A stretch of 64,000 nt of DNA, from contig NC_043001.1 of assembly GCF_006345805.1 (NCBI RefSeq), positions 75,268,001 to 75,332,000 of the forward strand, written 5' to 3'. The DNA is from Octopus sinensis (lineage: Eukaryota). The position numbers were made by a program, and so were the translations under genes. This document shows, piece by piece, positions 38,766 to 52,620 of this stretch; the first letter of the stretch is position 1, and each line of letters begins with the position of its first letter. A model generated the notes under the pieces. It had not been told where the DNA came from. It saw nothing but the letters and a program-made list of their open reading frames with translations, and did no database searches.

Positions 38766-39369
38766 ATGTATATATATATGTATACGCATATATATGTGTA
38801 TCTATATGTCTCTATATGTATATACATATATTTGCATATATATATGTATATGTATATACATTTATATATATGTAAATATATACATATATATATGTATATA
38901 TATGTGAGTATATAATATATATGTATATATATATATGTATATGTATATATGTATGTATGTGTATATATATGTATATATTAATATATATGTATATATTAAT
39001 ATATATGTGTATATATATGTATATATTAATATATATATATATGTATATATTAATATATATAAATGTATGTATACCTGTGTGATTCTATGTATATATATAT
39101 GTATGTATATTTGTATTTATATATATGTGCATGTGCATATATATATATATATATATAAGCATATATACATATATACGTATATATATATACATATGTTTAT
39201 ATATGTATGTAGGTAGATAGATAGATAGAAGATAGGTAGTCACAGAGGTAGATACGTATGTAGAGAGAGGGGGAGGAGAAGGCGGATCCACCTTTCCTAT
39301 TCACCTTTCATTTATTCATTTATTGGAACATGCAACAACAAATACTTAGAAAGTGATTCTCACATAAAT

Positions 39370-39525
39370 TTTAAGAGCGGTTCCCTTTTCAAAATAAATA
39401 CAGATATGAACTGCAAAATACAAAACTTCATATACTGCATTACCTACCCAAACTACATAGAAAATTACATTGGCGGAACAAATAATTCCCTCTGCCACCG
39501 TGCAAGAATCCACAGGCAACATCAA
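39370..39525 (+). pseudogene. second Penelope-like GIY-YIG remnant
   Basis: NCKIQNFIYCITYPNYIENYIGGTNNSLCHRARIHRQH, alignable to 29700-29815. Confidence 0.8.
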
Positions 39526-39980
39526 AAGTTGAGACAGTACATTTTTTATTCTAAATATAACTCAAATATCGGAAATATAATGCTCACCTCAGTAAATATT
39601 CAGGTGTATATGTGTGCCATTGAGATGTTCTGAGCTTTGCATGTTTGTCTTGTCTCTAAGTCTTATATTAATGTTCTCTAATGCAAAGCATGAAACTGAA
39701 AGAGGCGTGATTTTGTTTTTCATTGCAAAACATCGAAGTTACATAGTATAAACGGACATGTTCCCAAACATACACACAGACACACACATACACACACACA
39801 CACGTACACACTCACACAAACACACACAAACACTCAATACTGTTCATCAAGGGATTTCTCTTCAAGATTGAATGTTTGAAGGTAAAATGGAAAATTTACA
39901 TATTCCAAATGGGACTCATCTCTACAAATGTTCAGATATATGTGTAACATTGGTATGTTCTAGCTTTTTGTATATATTTA

Positions 39981-40067
<87 letters not shown>

Positions 40068-40300
40068 ATATATATATATATATATATAACTACAAGAAAG
40101 TTAGAGGTTGTGAATCCAACCAACTATGGGATAATATCTATCCAATATACTGCTAGTAAAATACCCAATTATTAATACAGAAATATTTTTATTGCATTGA
40201 AATTACATTACCTAGTGTACTAAATGGGTGAAGGTAAAGAGACATTTTACCATTAATTTATATTGCAATAAGAAAATGGAGGCGATTAATAGGTGGTTCG

Positions 40301-40377
<77 letters not shown>

Positions 40378-40619
40378 ATATATATATCACGTATGTAAAC
40401 TTGGAAATGGATGCGTGGCTTTTAATTAAATAATAATATACATGATATATATATGTGATGGAGTGTGATGGTAAAGTATAAACTAGATGAGCTAGGCTTG
40501 AGTGAGGCCAGATAGAAAGGCACAAAACACTAACACTGGAAGAAGGTAACACAACGCTGTTGTACACAGGGAACGAAATGGGTGATCTTATTATTTCTCA
40601 ATTTTTTCAATTTCTTTGG

Positions 40620-41270
40620 TATGGACACTGTAATAGGGAATTGCAAATTTCATAGTATTAGACTGTTTCTTTATTTTGTCCTTTATAATCATATCTGGTC
40701 TTCTTTCTTCAATAGTATGGTCAGTCTTTAGCAGAAAATCCTACAAGATCCTGATTCTCATTTTCTATAATAGCTTCTAGTTCGTGTTCACATCACTTTT
40801 TTGTTACTTTGAAACCTCATATTCACCTAATATCCTAATGCACGATTTGCCTAAGCAGTCATGCCTGCGCTTATACCCCATTTTGTGCAAAGTATACTGC
40901 ACTCACTCAAAAAGTGATTGATATTTTAATCTTCTTTCCTGCTAATTCTACACTTGATATCTGACTGAATTTTGCCGATTTTAGCCCTTATCAGATTTGA
41001 TTTAATGGTTTGTTCCTGAACGGCTATAATTATTGCTTTGGCTTTTCGTTCCAAGTTCTCGTCTGTCAAACAGAGCCAGCGTACTTTATTTCCAAATTTC
41101 TCGATTTGTTACATGAATTGTTCATGTAATTCCATTTCCTTACATTTGCTTATTCTATTGTTCTCCCTTTCTTCTTTGAAACCTCTGTTTCAGTCACCTT
41201 TTGGTTATCTCTGGCCGAGAGTTTTTTCCTTTATTCTACGCAACATTTTTTTTTCGGGCTCAGTATCGTA
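40620..41270 (-). mobile_element. old RLE-type non-LTR retrotransposon remnant
   Basis: RIL*DFLLKTDHTIEERRPDMIIKDK on the minus strand. Confidence 0.65.
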
Positions 41271-41479
41271 ATATTGGATTGGATTGAATTCGACTGGATT
41301 ACCGGTGTTCAGTCCACTTCCGAACGAAGGCCTCACTATGGCCCCGCCCACATAAGACCACAGTCTTATGTGGGCGGGGCCATGAATTTGAGCTTGTGAT
41401 ATTACTAGTTTGATGAGCCTACTCTGCTACACTGGCTCGATATGGCTTCGTAGAGGAACGTTGTATTAATAATAATAAT

Positions 41480-41526
<47 letters not shown>

Positions 41527-41689
41527 TCATCATTATTACTATTTTAATTTTAATCTACATGTGTGTTACTGTCACTTGCCGAGACAGACCCAGTGTCCTG
41601 GGTCGAGTGAACGATAAGAAATGTTACAATATGGCTGGAAGCTTGGGGAGGGGAAGTAGCGAAATATCACCGTATAATACAACACAGAC

Positions 41690-44600
41690 ATTTAAATGGA
41701 TAGGGTTTTTCTAACTATGGGAGCAATACTTGTAAGTACAATCTATTGGATTTCTCTGAGACATCGTTCTCCTAGGATCTTATCTAGATCCCTTTTTATC
41801 ATACCTAAGGCACCTACAATAACAAGAACAGTTCTTGTTTTAAGATGCCACATCTTTTGTATGTCAATTTCCAGGTCCTTATATTTCCTTAATTTGTCAA
41901 ATTCCTTTACAGATATATTTTTATCAGTGGTAACACTTACTTCTATTAGTCTACAAGTATTTTCTTCCCTGTCTTTAATGATTATGTCTGGTCGATTAGC
42001 TTGGATCATTCTGTCGGTGTTGACTGGAAAATCCAAGGGGATAGTGACATTTTTACTTCCTGCGACTGGCTTATGATGATGTTCATACCAGTAAGCAGAA
42101 GTGCCGATTTTGTAGTGTCTACATATTTTCCAACTAAATACTGTCCTACAATATCGTGGCGATTTTTGTATTCATTTGGTGTCTGTACAGGACATCCCGA
42201 GACAAGATGGTGTATTGTTTCGTCAATTGTGTCGCAGAATCTGCATTTAGAGTAAGTACCGTTTTGAAGAATGTTAGCCTGGTAGTTTCTGTTAAGCAAA
42301 TTTTGATATTGTGCCACGAAAATGAAACTTCTAGTATTTGCATTTCGTCCTGAACTTCTCAGCCACTGATGGGTTGTTGCTTGGCCTAAATAAGCATTTC
42401 GACTTCGAAGAATATACTGCCCACGTGAGGCTTCTGCTTCCACCTCTCCTTAGTTTGTTCCCGTTCATTTTTGAAGTCTGCTTGATCTATTGTACATGTT
42501 TTGTGGCGGTGGTTTCAGGTTCTTCAAATATTTTAGTATTATTGCCAAGTTTCCTTGCGTATTTTCAAGCTTCCTTGAGATGAGAATGTGATTTTTTGCT
42601 CCTTGAGAACAGAATGTGATTTTTTGCTGCTTTCGTGTTTGCACACAAGTCGCACACAAGTCCAGTCCTCTGTACTGGATAAGTACATGTTCATTGCTAT
42701 AGCACAGTCTTATAGCCCAGTTCTACCTGCATCATTCCTATTCCCCCGTTACTTTTAGGTAGGTACAGACTATCAACGTCTGCTTTTGAGTGGTGCCTGT
42801 TCATAGAAGTTAGTAAATTCTTGTATTCCTGTCCAGACGTTGGAGCTTTGTAAAATTCCAGTTAATGATGTTAAAACTATATTGGGCTACTGGAGGTGAC
42901 AGAGTGTTAATGGCTTTGATGCGGTTTTTAGAGTTGAGTTCAGTTTTTATTATAGTCTTATTCTCTTGTAATATTCCTTCCTTATTTCTTCCTTCATGGT
43001 AGTATGTTGTATACCAACTCCTTCGTTGATTCTTAGGTATCTGTAATTTTCTTGTGGGTCAAGCTCCTTGATGCTAGTGTCGGTATCTAGTTTAATGGTA
43101 GCTGTTTGCCTGAGCTTGCCGCTTACAAAAGTTGTTTTAACACACTTATCGATGCCAAAGTCTATCCCGATGTCATTACTGAATTATTTAACAGTTGTTA
43201 GCAGCCCTACTAGCTCTTCGTCATTTCTAGTAAACAGTTTCAGATCGTCCATATAAAACAGATGGTTTATCGTAGTATTGTAAACTTTGAAACCATACCT
43301 GGTGTTATTAATTTCATTTGAGAGTGGGATCAGTGCCATACAAAAGAATAATGGGGAGAGGGAGTAACCTTGAAAGATGCCACGTTTGATGTTGATGTTG
43401 CTAGTTTGGCTCAGCCCATTACTATAGTTTAGGACACGTGTGTTCCACTTGGCCATGCTACTTTGTAAGAATATGGAGATGACAGGAGATATCTTATGTA
43501 TCTCAAGGGCCTTGAATATCCAATTATGTGGGACACTATCCATGCCATACCAAGGTTTTTCTTTTCGCTCCGGCAATTGTCTACAATCACTTTACTTTTG
43601 AGTAATTGATCCTTGCACGCATAAAAGTTCCTTTTACAGCATTTTTGAGCTTGTGGAAGGATAGATCTCTTTTCCAGGAAAGCGTATATTCTGTCAGTTA
43701 ATATGCATGTGAGGATATTGTAGGTGGTGTTGAGATATGTTACTGGTTGGTAGTTCTTTGGATGTTTTTGTGTCTTCGGTTTTGGTAGAAGGTATGATGT
43801 TCTTTCTGTCAGACAGGCAGGTATTTGCTCTGGATTCTGGATGATACCAGTCAGAGATGCAGTGGAATTTTGGTGTATTTCTTTCAGAGAATTTAGCCAG
43901 AGGTTAGAAATTAGATCCAGTACTGGGGTTTTCCATTTGTGAGACTTCCGATGAATACATCTTAGCTCTTCTATTCTTATTGCCTCCCATTTCTGCTCTT
44001 CAACTTCATCCAGTCTCACCTTCTCACGCTGTATCCAGTCAGCTTTAGCGTTATATTCTTTTTTGTTGTTCCATATCTTCTTCAAGAACTCTCCCATTTC
44101 CTCAGTCTTATGTGGATCCTTTACTTCTATCTCACTTTTGCCAATTTCCCTATAACATTTCTTTGCGTGTCGAATATCTTGTTTTGTCGATAAAATTTGA
44201 TTATTTTCTCTTACCTTCTAAACCGCTGGAATTTCAGTTGTATTCGTTATTTCAATTGTTCCTTGATTGCAGGGAAGTTTATAAAATCTTTGATTTTATA
44301 TGTTTGCCTGATTTTTCTAGCTCGTTTCGTCTTAACATTTATTCTTCTAGCAAGTTCATCGAGAACTGATACATCCACTCGCACAGATTCGATCTCTTTT
44401 TGTCACTTGGGAGGTCTATTGATATGGTTGGTCCTTTTCTGTGTCATCCTGGTACCTTGATGAGCAGTTACAACGTTAGCAGTGGAAGAGATGAGGTTAT
44501 TTAAGGTGGTTAGATTATTTCCCTTATTACTTAAGATCTGTCTAAGAGCAACATTATATATGATGATTATGTTGTTTTTTATGCTGTTTGAGAACTTTGC

Positions 44601-45110
44601 CAGTAGTTCTCTATTGATGATGTCAGTGGACTCAGTTTTGCAGACGTCTCTCATAATATATTCTACTTCTATGATCTGCTCTTTATTATTCACCTGAAAT
44701 TCTCTCTCATACCTATTCTGGTGTTCTTGAGGTAGGTCTACTTTCTCCTCTTTTCCGCATATCTGTTCTTCGCTATTCTTTCTTCAGCTTCCTCGTTGGG
44801 ATGTACTGCTCGTATACTGGGTTCTGTGCATCTGTTACCTTTTTCTTTTGCATTATTGCTGTTTTCATTTGGTCTACCATGAAATATTTATGTCCTACTT
44901 TGACAAATTTCAGCGTCAGTTAACCTATTATTCTTGATGCGATCCCTACGTACGTTACTTAGTTTATTTGCGTCTATATATCTGTGTACCTCATTGCCGA
45001 CTAAGTTTCTCCATGAAATGTAAGTTTGTACTCTGAGGTAATTGTTTGGGTTTAGTTGGGCTGTATCGAAAGTTTTCAATACATCTCTATAATCCTCTCT
45101 AGTTCATTTT
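41690..45110 (-). mobile_element. R4/Dong-like non-LTR retrotransposon, near full length, frameshifted
   Basis: N-terminal YIDANKLSNVRRD; RT motifs RGIFQGYSLSPLFF and HLFYMDDLKLF; CCHC finger CRFCDTIDETIHHLVSGC; RLE NRPDIIIKD...KYKDLEI...VIVGALG. Confidence 0.9.
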
Positions 45111-45994
45111 ATGCATTTTGCTTTAGATGATGTTTTGGTGGTGTAACTACAGATCTAGGGTTAGAATTATCCTTTATCTGGTTACATAGTAGATCGAGTT
45201 TTAGAGAGTTTGTTCCAGCAGCAAACTTTTCGATCTCAGTCTGGTTCTCCATTTAGTAACGCGATCCTTGTTGTCCCGGGTGATGACCGATCCGGCATAA
45301 GTTTTGGCATTGACAGCAACAATAGAAGAGGGGTCTGTTTGTTCAGAGTTTACTTTTTGGCCTGACACCGCTTCCTTGTTCTTCGAATGAATATATTTAT
45401 CATATCGTAGGCTGATAGATCGAAAATTCCCTCTATTTGATTTGGTAGTTATCTTTCCCGGCATAACTGTTTGGTTATGTTCCAAACTTAATGATTAATT
45501 TACTCCTTTTTATATTCGTTTGTAGGAAGGCGCTTTGTTTTTGTTTGGTATCGCGTCGCTCGTGGCACGTGGTTTTTCTTTAATTTTCCGCGTGTGTACG
45601 TGTGTGTTTTGTAAGCATTATTTATGTGGCTTATAAATATTAACAAGTGGACATGCATACGTAGACAGTTGCATGTATAGGTAATTATTCAAACTGTGTA
45701 CTTACTGTGTAAGTGATGTTTTTCCCGGTTTCCTAGTGTTGGTTTCAAATTCTCGCGTATTGAGACATCGTGTATTTTAGAAAGAAACTACACTTTAAAT
45801 GAGAAAAATATTTCCGGTTTTTTAGTTCCTCTGCTTTAACAGAAATTTTCCCCACAGTTGTATTGCGAAGTTGTATTCCATCGCACCAATGTTATTGGAT
45901 TGAGTTTGTTTTGTGGGGAGAACTTCTTGGTGTACGTCCATGTTGTTACTCAGCCGGGATCTGAATGGTTATTTAGCCCGGAGCTGTTAATATT

Positions 45995-46605
45995 ATTATT
46001 ATTATTGAGTGAGGGAGCAGTGCATGCCATCAAAGTGATATACGAAGCCCAATATACCCATCATGACTACCCGTCTGATAAGGGTACACCAGGCACATGC
46101 ATCACAACCATATATGCGCGGCATGGTGATCTCATATCAAGATAAACAGCGAATGACTTGGCAGGTGGGGCCCAGTTAGAATTTTCTTCAGGTCGAGTAG
46201 CCCATCCTGCTCAAAAAGTCCCTGAATAATGGTTGTTTAAGGATGTTGAACGAAACATCCATGTTTCCAAAGGTGAATTATTCAAACCCCAAAGAATCCC
46301 TCTCAACACATGGCTATGATAATCCCCCACTACTTCTGCTCATGATCAGAGATGCACAAATCGTCTGCCACTAAGGGACATGCTCAACAGGTTAAGGTCA
46401 AGCAACTGACAAGCAAATCTGTGGTAATGAGCAGAATATTTGCTGTAGCCCATCTTTTATACCAAGACAAAACAATGTACATGATAACACTTCCAATCAG
46501 TTAAGATCAGGAGCCATGAGAGCCACTGCCTGGTACTTATTATTATTATTATTATCATCACCATCATCATCATCATCATCATCATCATTATTATCATTAT
46601 TATTA

Positions 46606-46637
<32 letters not shown>

Positions 46638-46693
46638 TATTATTATTATTATTATTATAATAATTATTATTATTATTATCATTATTATTATTA

Positions 46694-46741
<48 letters not shown>

Positions 46742-47512
46742 ATTATAATTATAATTATAATTATTATTATTATTATTATTATAATTATAATTATTACTAT
46801 TATTATCATTATTATTATTATTATATTATTATTAATATTATTATTATTATTATTATTATTGATATTATTATTATTATTATTATTGTTGTTGTTGTTGTTG
46901 TTGTTGTTGTTATTATTATTATTATTACTACTACTACTACTGAGTGACAGAGCAGTGCATAGCATCAAAACATCAAAGTGACACTGGGGTAAAATATATG
47001 AAGCCCGTATATCCAGCATGACAACACGTCTGATAACGGTAAACCAGGCGCATGCATCACAACCATATGTGCGCGACATGGTGATCTCATATCAAGATTA
47101 ACAGCACAAGACCTTGTAAGTGGGGGCTCAGTTACAATTTCCTGCACATCGACTAGCCCATCCTGCTCAAAATTTTCCTGATTAAGGGTTGTTTAAGGAT
47201 GTTGAACGAAACACCCATGCTTCTAGAGGTGAATTATTCAAACCCCAAAGAATCCCTCTCAACACATGGCTATAATACTCCCCCACTACTTCTGCTCATG
47301 ATCAGAGATGCACATATCGTCAGTCACTACGGAACATGCCCAACTGTTTAAGGTCAAACAACCGACAAGCAAATCTGTGGTATTGAGTTGAATATTTGCT
47401 GTAGCCCATCTATTATACCAAGACAAAACAGTGTACATAATAACACTTCCAATCAGTTAAGATGAGAAGCCATGAATGCCACTGCCTGGTATTTACACTT
47501 ATTATTATTATT

Positions 47513-47568
<56 letters not shown>

Positions 47569-47588
47569 TATTATTATCATTATTATTA

Positions 47589-47635
<47 letters not shown>

Positions 47636-48390
47636 ATTATAATTATAATTATAATATTATTATTATTATTATTATAATTATAATTATTACTATTATTATC
47701 ATTATTATTATTATTATTATTATTATAATAATTATTATTATTATTATTATTATTGATATTATTATTATTATTATTATTGTTGTTGTTGTTGTTGTTGTTG
47801 TTGTTATTATTATTATTATTACTACTACTACTACTGAGTGACAGAGCAGTGCATAGCATCAAAACATCAAAGTGACACTGGGGTAAAATATATGAAGCCC
47901 GTATATCCAGCATGACAACACGTCTGATAACGGTAAACCAGGCGCATGCATCACAACCATATGTGCGCGACATGGTGATCTCATATCAAGATTAACAGCA
48001 CAAGACCTTGTAAGTGGGGGCTCAGTTACAATTTCCTGCACATCGACTAGCCCATCCTGCTCAAAATTTTCCTGATTAAGGGTTGTTTAAGGATGTTGAA
48101 CGAAACACCCATGCTTCTAGAGGTGAATTATTCAAACCCCAAAGAATCCCTCTCAACACATGGCTATAATACTCCCCCACTACTTCTGCTCATGATCAGA
48201 GATGCACATATCGTCAGTCACTACGGAACATGCCCAACTGTTTAAGGTCAAACAACCGACAAGCAAATCTGTGGTATTGAGTTGAATATTTGCTGTAGCC
48301 CATCTATTATACCAAGACAAAACAGTGTACATAATAACACTTCCAATCAGTTAAGATGAGAAGCCATGAATGCCACTGCCTGGTATTTAC
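45995..48390 (-). mobile_element. three copies of a ~550-bp non-coding element (family E) separated by compound (ATT)n/(ATC)n/(GTT)n microsatellites
   Basis: Copies ~45995-46536, ~46942-47495, ~47836-48390; each ends on the minus strand in ...ctcactca(ATA/AGT)n; tail fragment also at ~6054-6083. Confidence 0.85.
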
Positions 48391-48406
48391 ACTTATTATT
48401 ATTATT

Positions 48407-48465
<59 letters not shown>

Positions 48466-48473
48466 TATTATTA

Positions 48474-48534
<61 letters not shown>

Positions 48535-48689
48535 CATCATTGTTATTATCTATGATTTCCTATCATTATAACTTTATTTCAGCTGCCTTAGTACTGGTTA
48601 TCATCCGGAGGACAAAAATAACAATCGCACTTTTGTTTTGCTATGCATGCTAAAATTATCATTTATTCCATATTAGATGGAGAGTGCTT

Positions 48690-49330
48690 TCCGTAGTACA
48701 TAGGCTGTACACATCAAAGATATCATTTGCAGTTCACGGAGATTGGAGTTACCAGGGAGTTGCTTAATATACTTCTAAGCTCCCTTCTTAATCATTCCCA
48801 ATGCACCAGTTACAATTGGTATTATCGTAGTACTAAGCTTCCACATTTTTGTGATTTCATTTTGTAGATCTTTATAATGAGAAAGCTTTTCGTATTCTTT
48901 TCTTGAGACATTTTGATCTTGTGGGACTGACATATATATTAAGAGACCAGTTCCTCTGTTGTAGTCCTTGATCACAATGTCTGGTCGATTGGAGTCAATT
49001 TTTCTGTCTGTTTTTATTAGGAAGTTCCAAAGGATGGTGACGCCCTTACAATTTAATAATCCTCTGGATGGTGCCTGTACCACTTATCATGGGATTTGAT
49101 CTTGTAGTATTTACAATAATTCCATTAGATGTACTGCTCTAGTCTGTCATGTCTCATGAGGTACTCCTTTTCATCGAGGACTGGGCAGCCAGAAACAACA
49201 TGGCCAATTGTCTCTGTGAATTTTCCATAAATTCTGAACGTCGGTCAGATCCATCTTTAAGGACATTTACATGGTAGTTTCTGGTAGGTAAGCTCTGATC
49301 TTACGCTGCAAAAAGAAAACCTTCTGTTTT
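48690..49330 (-). mobile_element. RLE-type (R4-like) retrotransposon 3' fragment
   Basis: ILWNFLIKTDRKIDSNRPDIVIKD...KYKDL-like HYKDLQNEI...IPIVTGALG. Confidence 0.85.
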
Positions 49331-49451
49331 CCTTATTTACACTATTTACATTTGACGGATATTTGTCCTCATCTGCTTGGAATCTTCACCACTATGCCAT
49401 ATGCCCGTGGACATATTGCGTAGTGGTTAAGAGCGCGATTCCAGGCAGTGA

Positions 49452-49532
<81 letters not shown>

Positions 49533-49577
49533 CAACATCGAAAAATACCTTAGGAATGAAGTTCGAAATTTCCCCAA

Positions 49578-49623
49578 GACACCTGATGAAGGCTGGAGGG
49601 TATATCATCCGAAACGTTGTGTT
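49578..49623 (+). ncRNA. minimal type I hammerhead ribozyme candidate in a Penelope-like terminal repeat (~49540-49705)
   Basis: gacac-CTGATGA-a-ggctg gagggtatat catcc-GAAACGTT^gtgtt; palindromic AACGTT; one mismatch in helix II and an extra A after the core. Confidence 0.55.
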
Positions 49624-49759
49624 AACAACAAACAAGATCAGGACAAATATCCGTCAAATGTAAATAATGTAAATAATGTACAGTTCCTCATCTCTTAAAT
49701 ATAGAACTGCTTCTGTTTCCTCTTTCAGACCTGTCTTTTGTAGCCATTGGTGTGTTAGG

Positions 49760-49808
<49 letters not shown>

Positions 49809-49818
49809 TATTATTATT

Positions 49819-49859
<41 letters not shown>

Positions 49860-50670
49860 TATTATTATATTATTGCTATTAGTATTTTGCTCTGAGAGTT
49901 CTTGATCTTACTTGCTCTGGTTAATCCACTGAGATTGGATAGCATCCTATTGTCAAAGGTTTCAGAGGATCTCTTTTCAAAAATTATAAGACTTGGTACT
50001 TAAGGGTTAATTATCGTAGAATTGTCATCATCATTATCATCATCAGGTTTACCGTTATTGTTATTAGACGTGTCGAAAATACACACAATGGTAATTGCTA
50101 TAGATAGAGATTCTGGGATTGATGCTTTGCACAATAGCGAACGAAAATTCTTGCAGATGCTTACAATAAGTAGAAACAACAGCAACAACAACGTTAACAA
50201 TAATATAAACAACAACAACGTCAACAACAATGACCAAGTAAATAACAATGTTAACAACAACAATACTATGAACATTTGATAGATAATAATCGTAGAAGGA
50301 ACCGTGGGAAAAATAATTAACATCAAGAACAACAATAATAAGGGGCAGGAAAAATAATATGACCAATAATGATAACATAAAGAACAACATTGATAGCATC
50401 TGCAATAATAGGAAGAGAAGGACAAAGGCAAAAATATACAAAACAAAAACAGAAAGACCAACCAGCAGAAACAAATACTAAAAGAGAATTTGTATTAGTA
50501 TCATTGAAATTAAAAACCCACAATCAATACGAAGCTGTTTTTTCCTGTCTCGTTTGTATTCGAATTAATCAGGGCCGCTAGCAAGTTAAAAGAAAGTTCT
50601 AGATAATTTTTGCAGGATATTATAGAAAATGATTGATGGATTATTTCTATCATCATCATCATCATCATCA

Positions 50671-50755
<85 letters not shown>

Positions 50756-50779
50756 TATTATTGTTGTTGTTGTTGTTAA

Positions 50780-51056
50780 GGCGACGAGCTGGTAGAATCG
50801 TTAGCACGCCGGGCGAAATGCGTAGCCGTATTTTGTCTGCCTTTACGTTCTGAGTTCAAATTACGCCGAGGTCGACTTTGCCGAGGTCGACTTTGCCGAG
50901 GTCGACTTTGCCGAGGTCGACTTTGCCGAGGTCGACTTTCGGAGTCGATAAATTAAGTACCATTTTCGCACTGGGGTCGATGTAATCGACTTAATCCGTT
51001 TGTCTGTCCGTGTTTGTCTCCTCTATGTTTAGCTCCTTGTGGGCAAAAAAGAAATA
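50780..51056 (+). mobile_element. SINE family A1 with internal 15-bp x5 tandem expansion
   Basis: (gccgaggtcgacttt)5 at 50865-50939. Confidence 0.9.
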
Positions 51057-51416
51057 TAATATTATTATTATTATTATTTGCTTTCGTGTAAAACGTTTTA
51101 AAAGCAATAACACCGAGTTCTGAGTTTATTCTCTCCTTTAATCACGTCATAGACAGAGCTCTGTCATAGTCTTCTCTCGTCTTTCCTTCCCTCTGTATGC
51201 ATAAGATATTGTGTGTGTATGTATATATAAGTAGATAGATAGATACACACATATATATATATATATGCATATATATATATATATACTTTACTTAAGCAGC
51301 AGAAAATTCAACAGATTTTGTTGAACTTTCTGCTGCTTTAAATAAAGCATATTAATCTACCACTGGTATTTGAGTACTCTTTTTTCCACCTTGTTTCACA
51401 TTTATGTGTTTACCCC

Positions 51417-51457
<41 letters not shown>

Positions 51458-51459
<2 letters not shown>

Positions 51460-52572
51460 ACAAGGGTTGGGCAAAATAATGGTATGGCCTCGTATAAAAT
51501 TTGAATTGTTTCCAAAGGAATTTTTGCCCATTCTTCAGTTAAAAAGTCTCCAGTTCTCGTAGTGATGATGGTAGAGGATATCGACATCTTACTTGTTTTT
51601 ATAAAATGCACCATGAATGTTCAATAATATTGAGATCTGGGGACTCCGGTAGCCAGATAGGATGTTAAACTTCACTAGAATGTTCCTCGGGTCATTCAGT
51701 AACAACTTTAGAATTGGTGCATTATCATTCAGAAAGATTGAGTTTCGCCCCGGAAACAGTTCTGAAACCATAGGATGAATTTGATCAGATAAAATTCTTA
51801 AATAGTCTTGACTATTAATTCCACCCTGAAGGGAAATCATTGGACCGGCGGTTCCTAAGATATAGCCACCCTCTCCCCTAGATCATCACAGATCCTCCTC
51901 CAGTCTGGGTCAAATGCTTCTTTTAGCTGTCTCCACACGTATACTTGGCCGGTGATCGGAAATAAAGTAAAGGATGACTCGTCCGAGAAAACAACATTCT
52001 TTCACTGCTCTAGGGCCCAATTTTGTAGGTTTCTACTCCACTCTAAGCACTTTGCAACGTTTGTTTTTGAAAGTAGTGGTTTTCTGATTGCAGCCCTCCA
52101 GTAAAATCCGGATCCTTTTACTGGAGGGCTGCAATTGTGATCCTTTCTAACAATTGGCGTAAGAGTCCGACGGTCCCTATCTGAAAGTGTTGGTTTTCTT
52201 CGGGAGTTTTGTTTCGACGTGGAGGTTTTCCCCTCTTTCTCAAAGGATGTCATTACTTTCGAGACAGTACTTCTTGATACACCAAATATTTCGGTTGTTT
52301 TCGTTACACTAGCGCCTGCCATACAAGCACCAACAATTTGACCGCTTTGAAAGTCCGATGGTTCTGTCATCTTAATGAATTTTAATTACCTTTTTCTGAT
52401 GATATCTGAAAAGAAACAACAATTTTAGCAAAATATAAGCAACACTATATTTTAAGCAACACTAATAAAACAACCCTACAAAAATAAACAAGCTTTTGAC
52501 GGTTTTATAGATATTTCAAAATTATGATTCTATAATGCTAGGTATTTCCATTATTTTGTGCAACCCCTCGAT

Positions 52573-52573
<1 letters not shown>
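51458..52573 (-). mobile_element. decayed Tc1-like transposon with both TIRs
   Basis: TIRs caacaagggttgggcaaaataatgg / ccattattttgtgcaacccctcgatg flanked by TA; ORFs GQIVGACMAGASVTKTTEIFGVSRSTVSKV and FLNDNAPI. Confidence 0.85.

Positions 52574-52620
<47 letters not shown>

Noticed and set aside
41405-41445. ttgatgagcc...ggctcgata as a hammerhead
   Set aside because: Both core strands deviate (TTGATGA, GATA) and there is no helix I/III
50000-50480. Asn-rich ORF 50022..50279
   Set aside because: Degenerate (AAC/AAT)n tract between pure trinucleotide arrays
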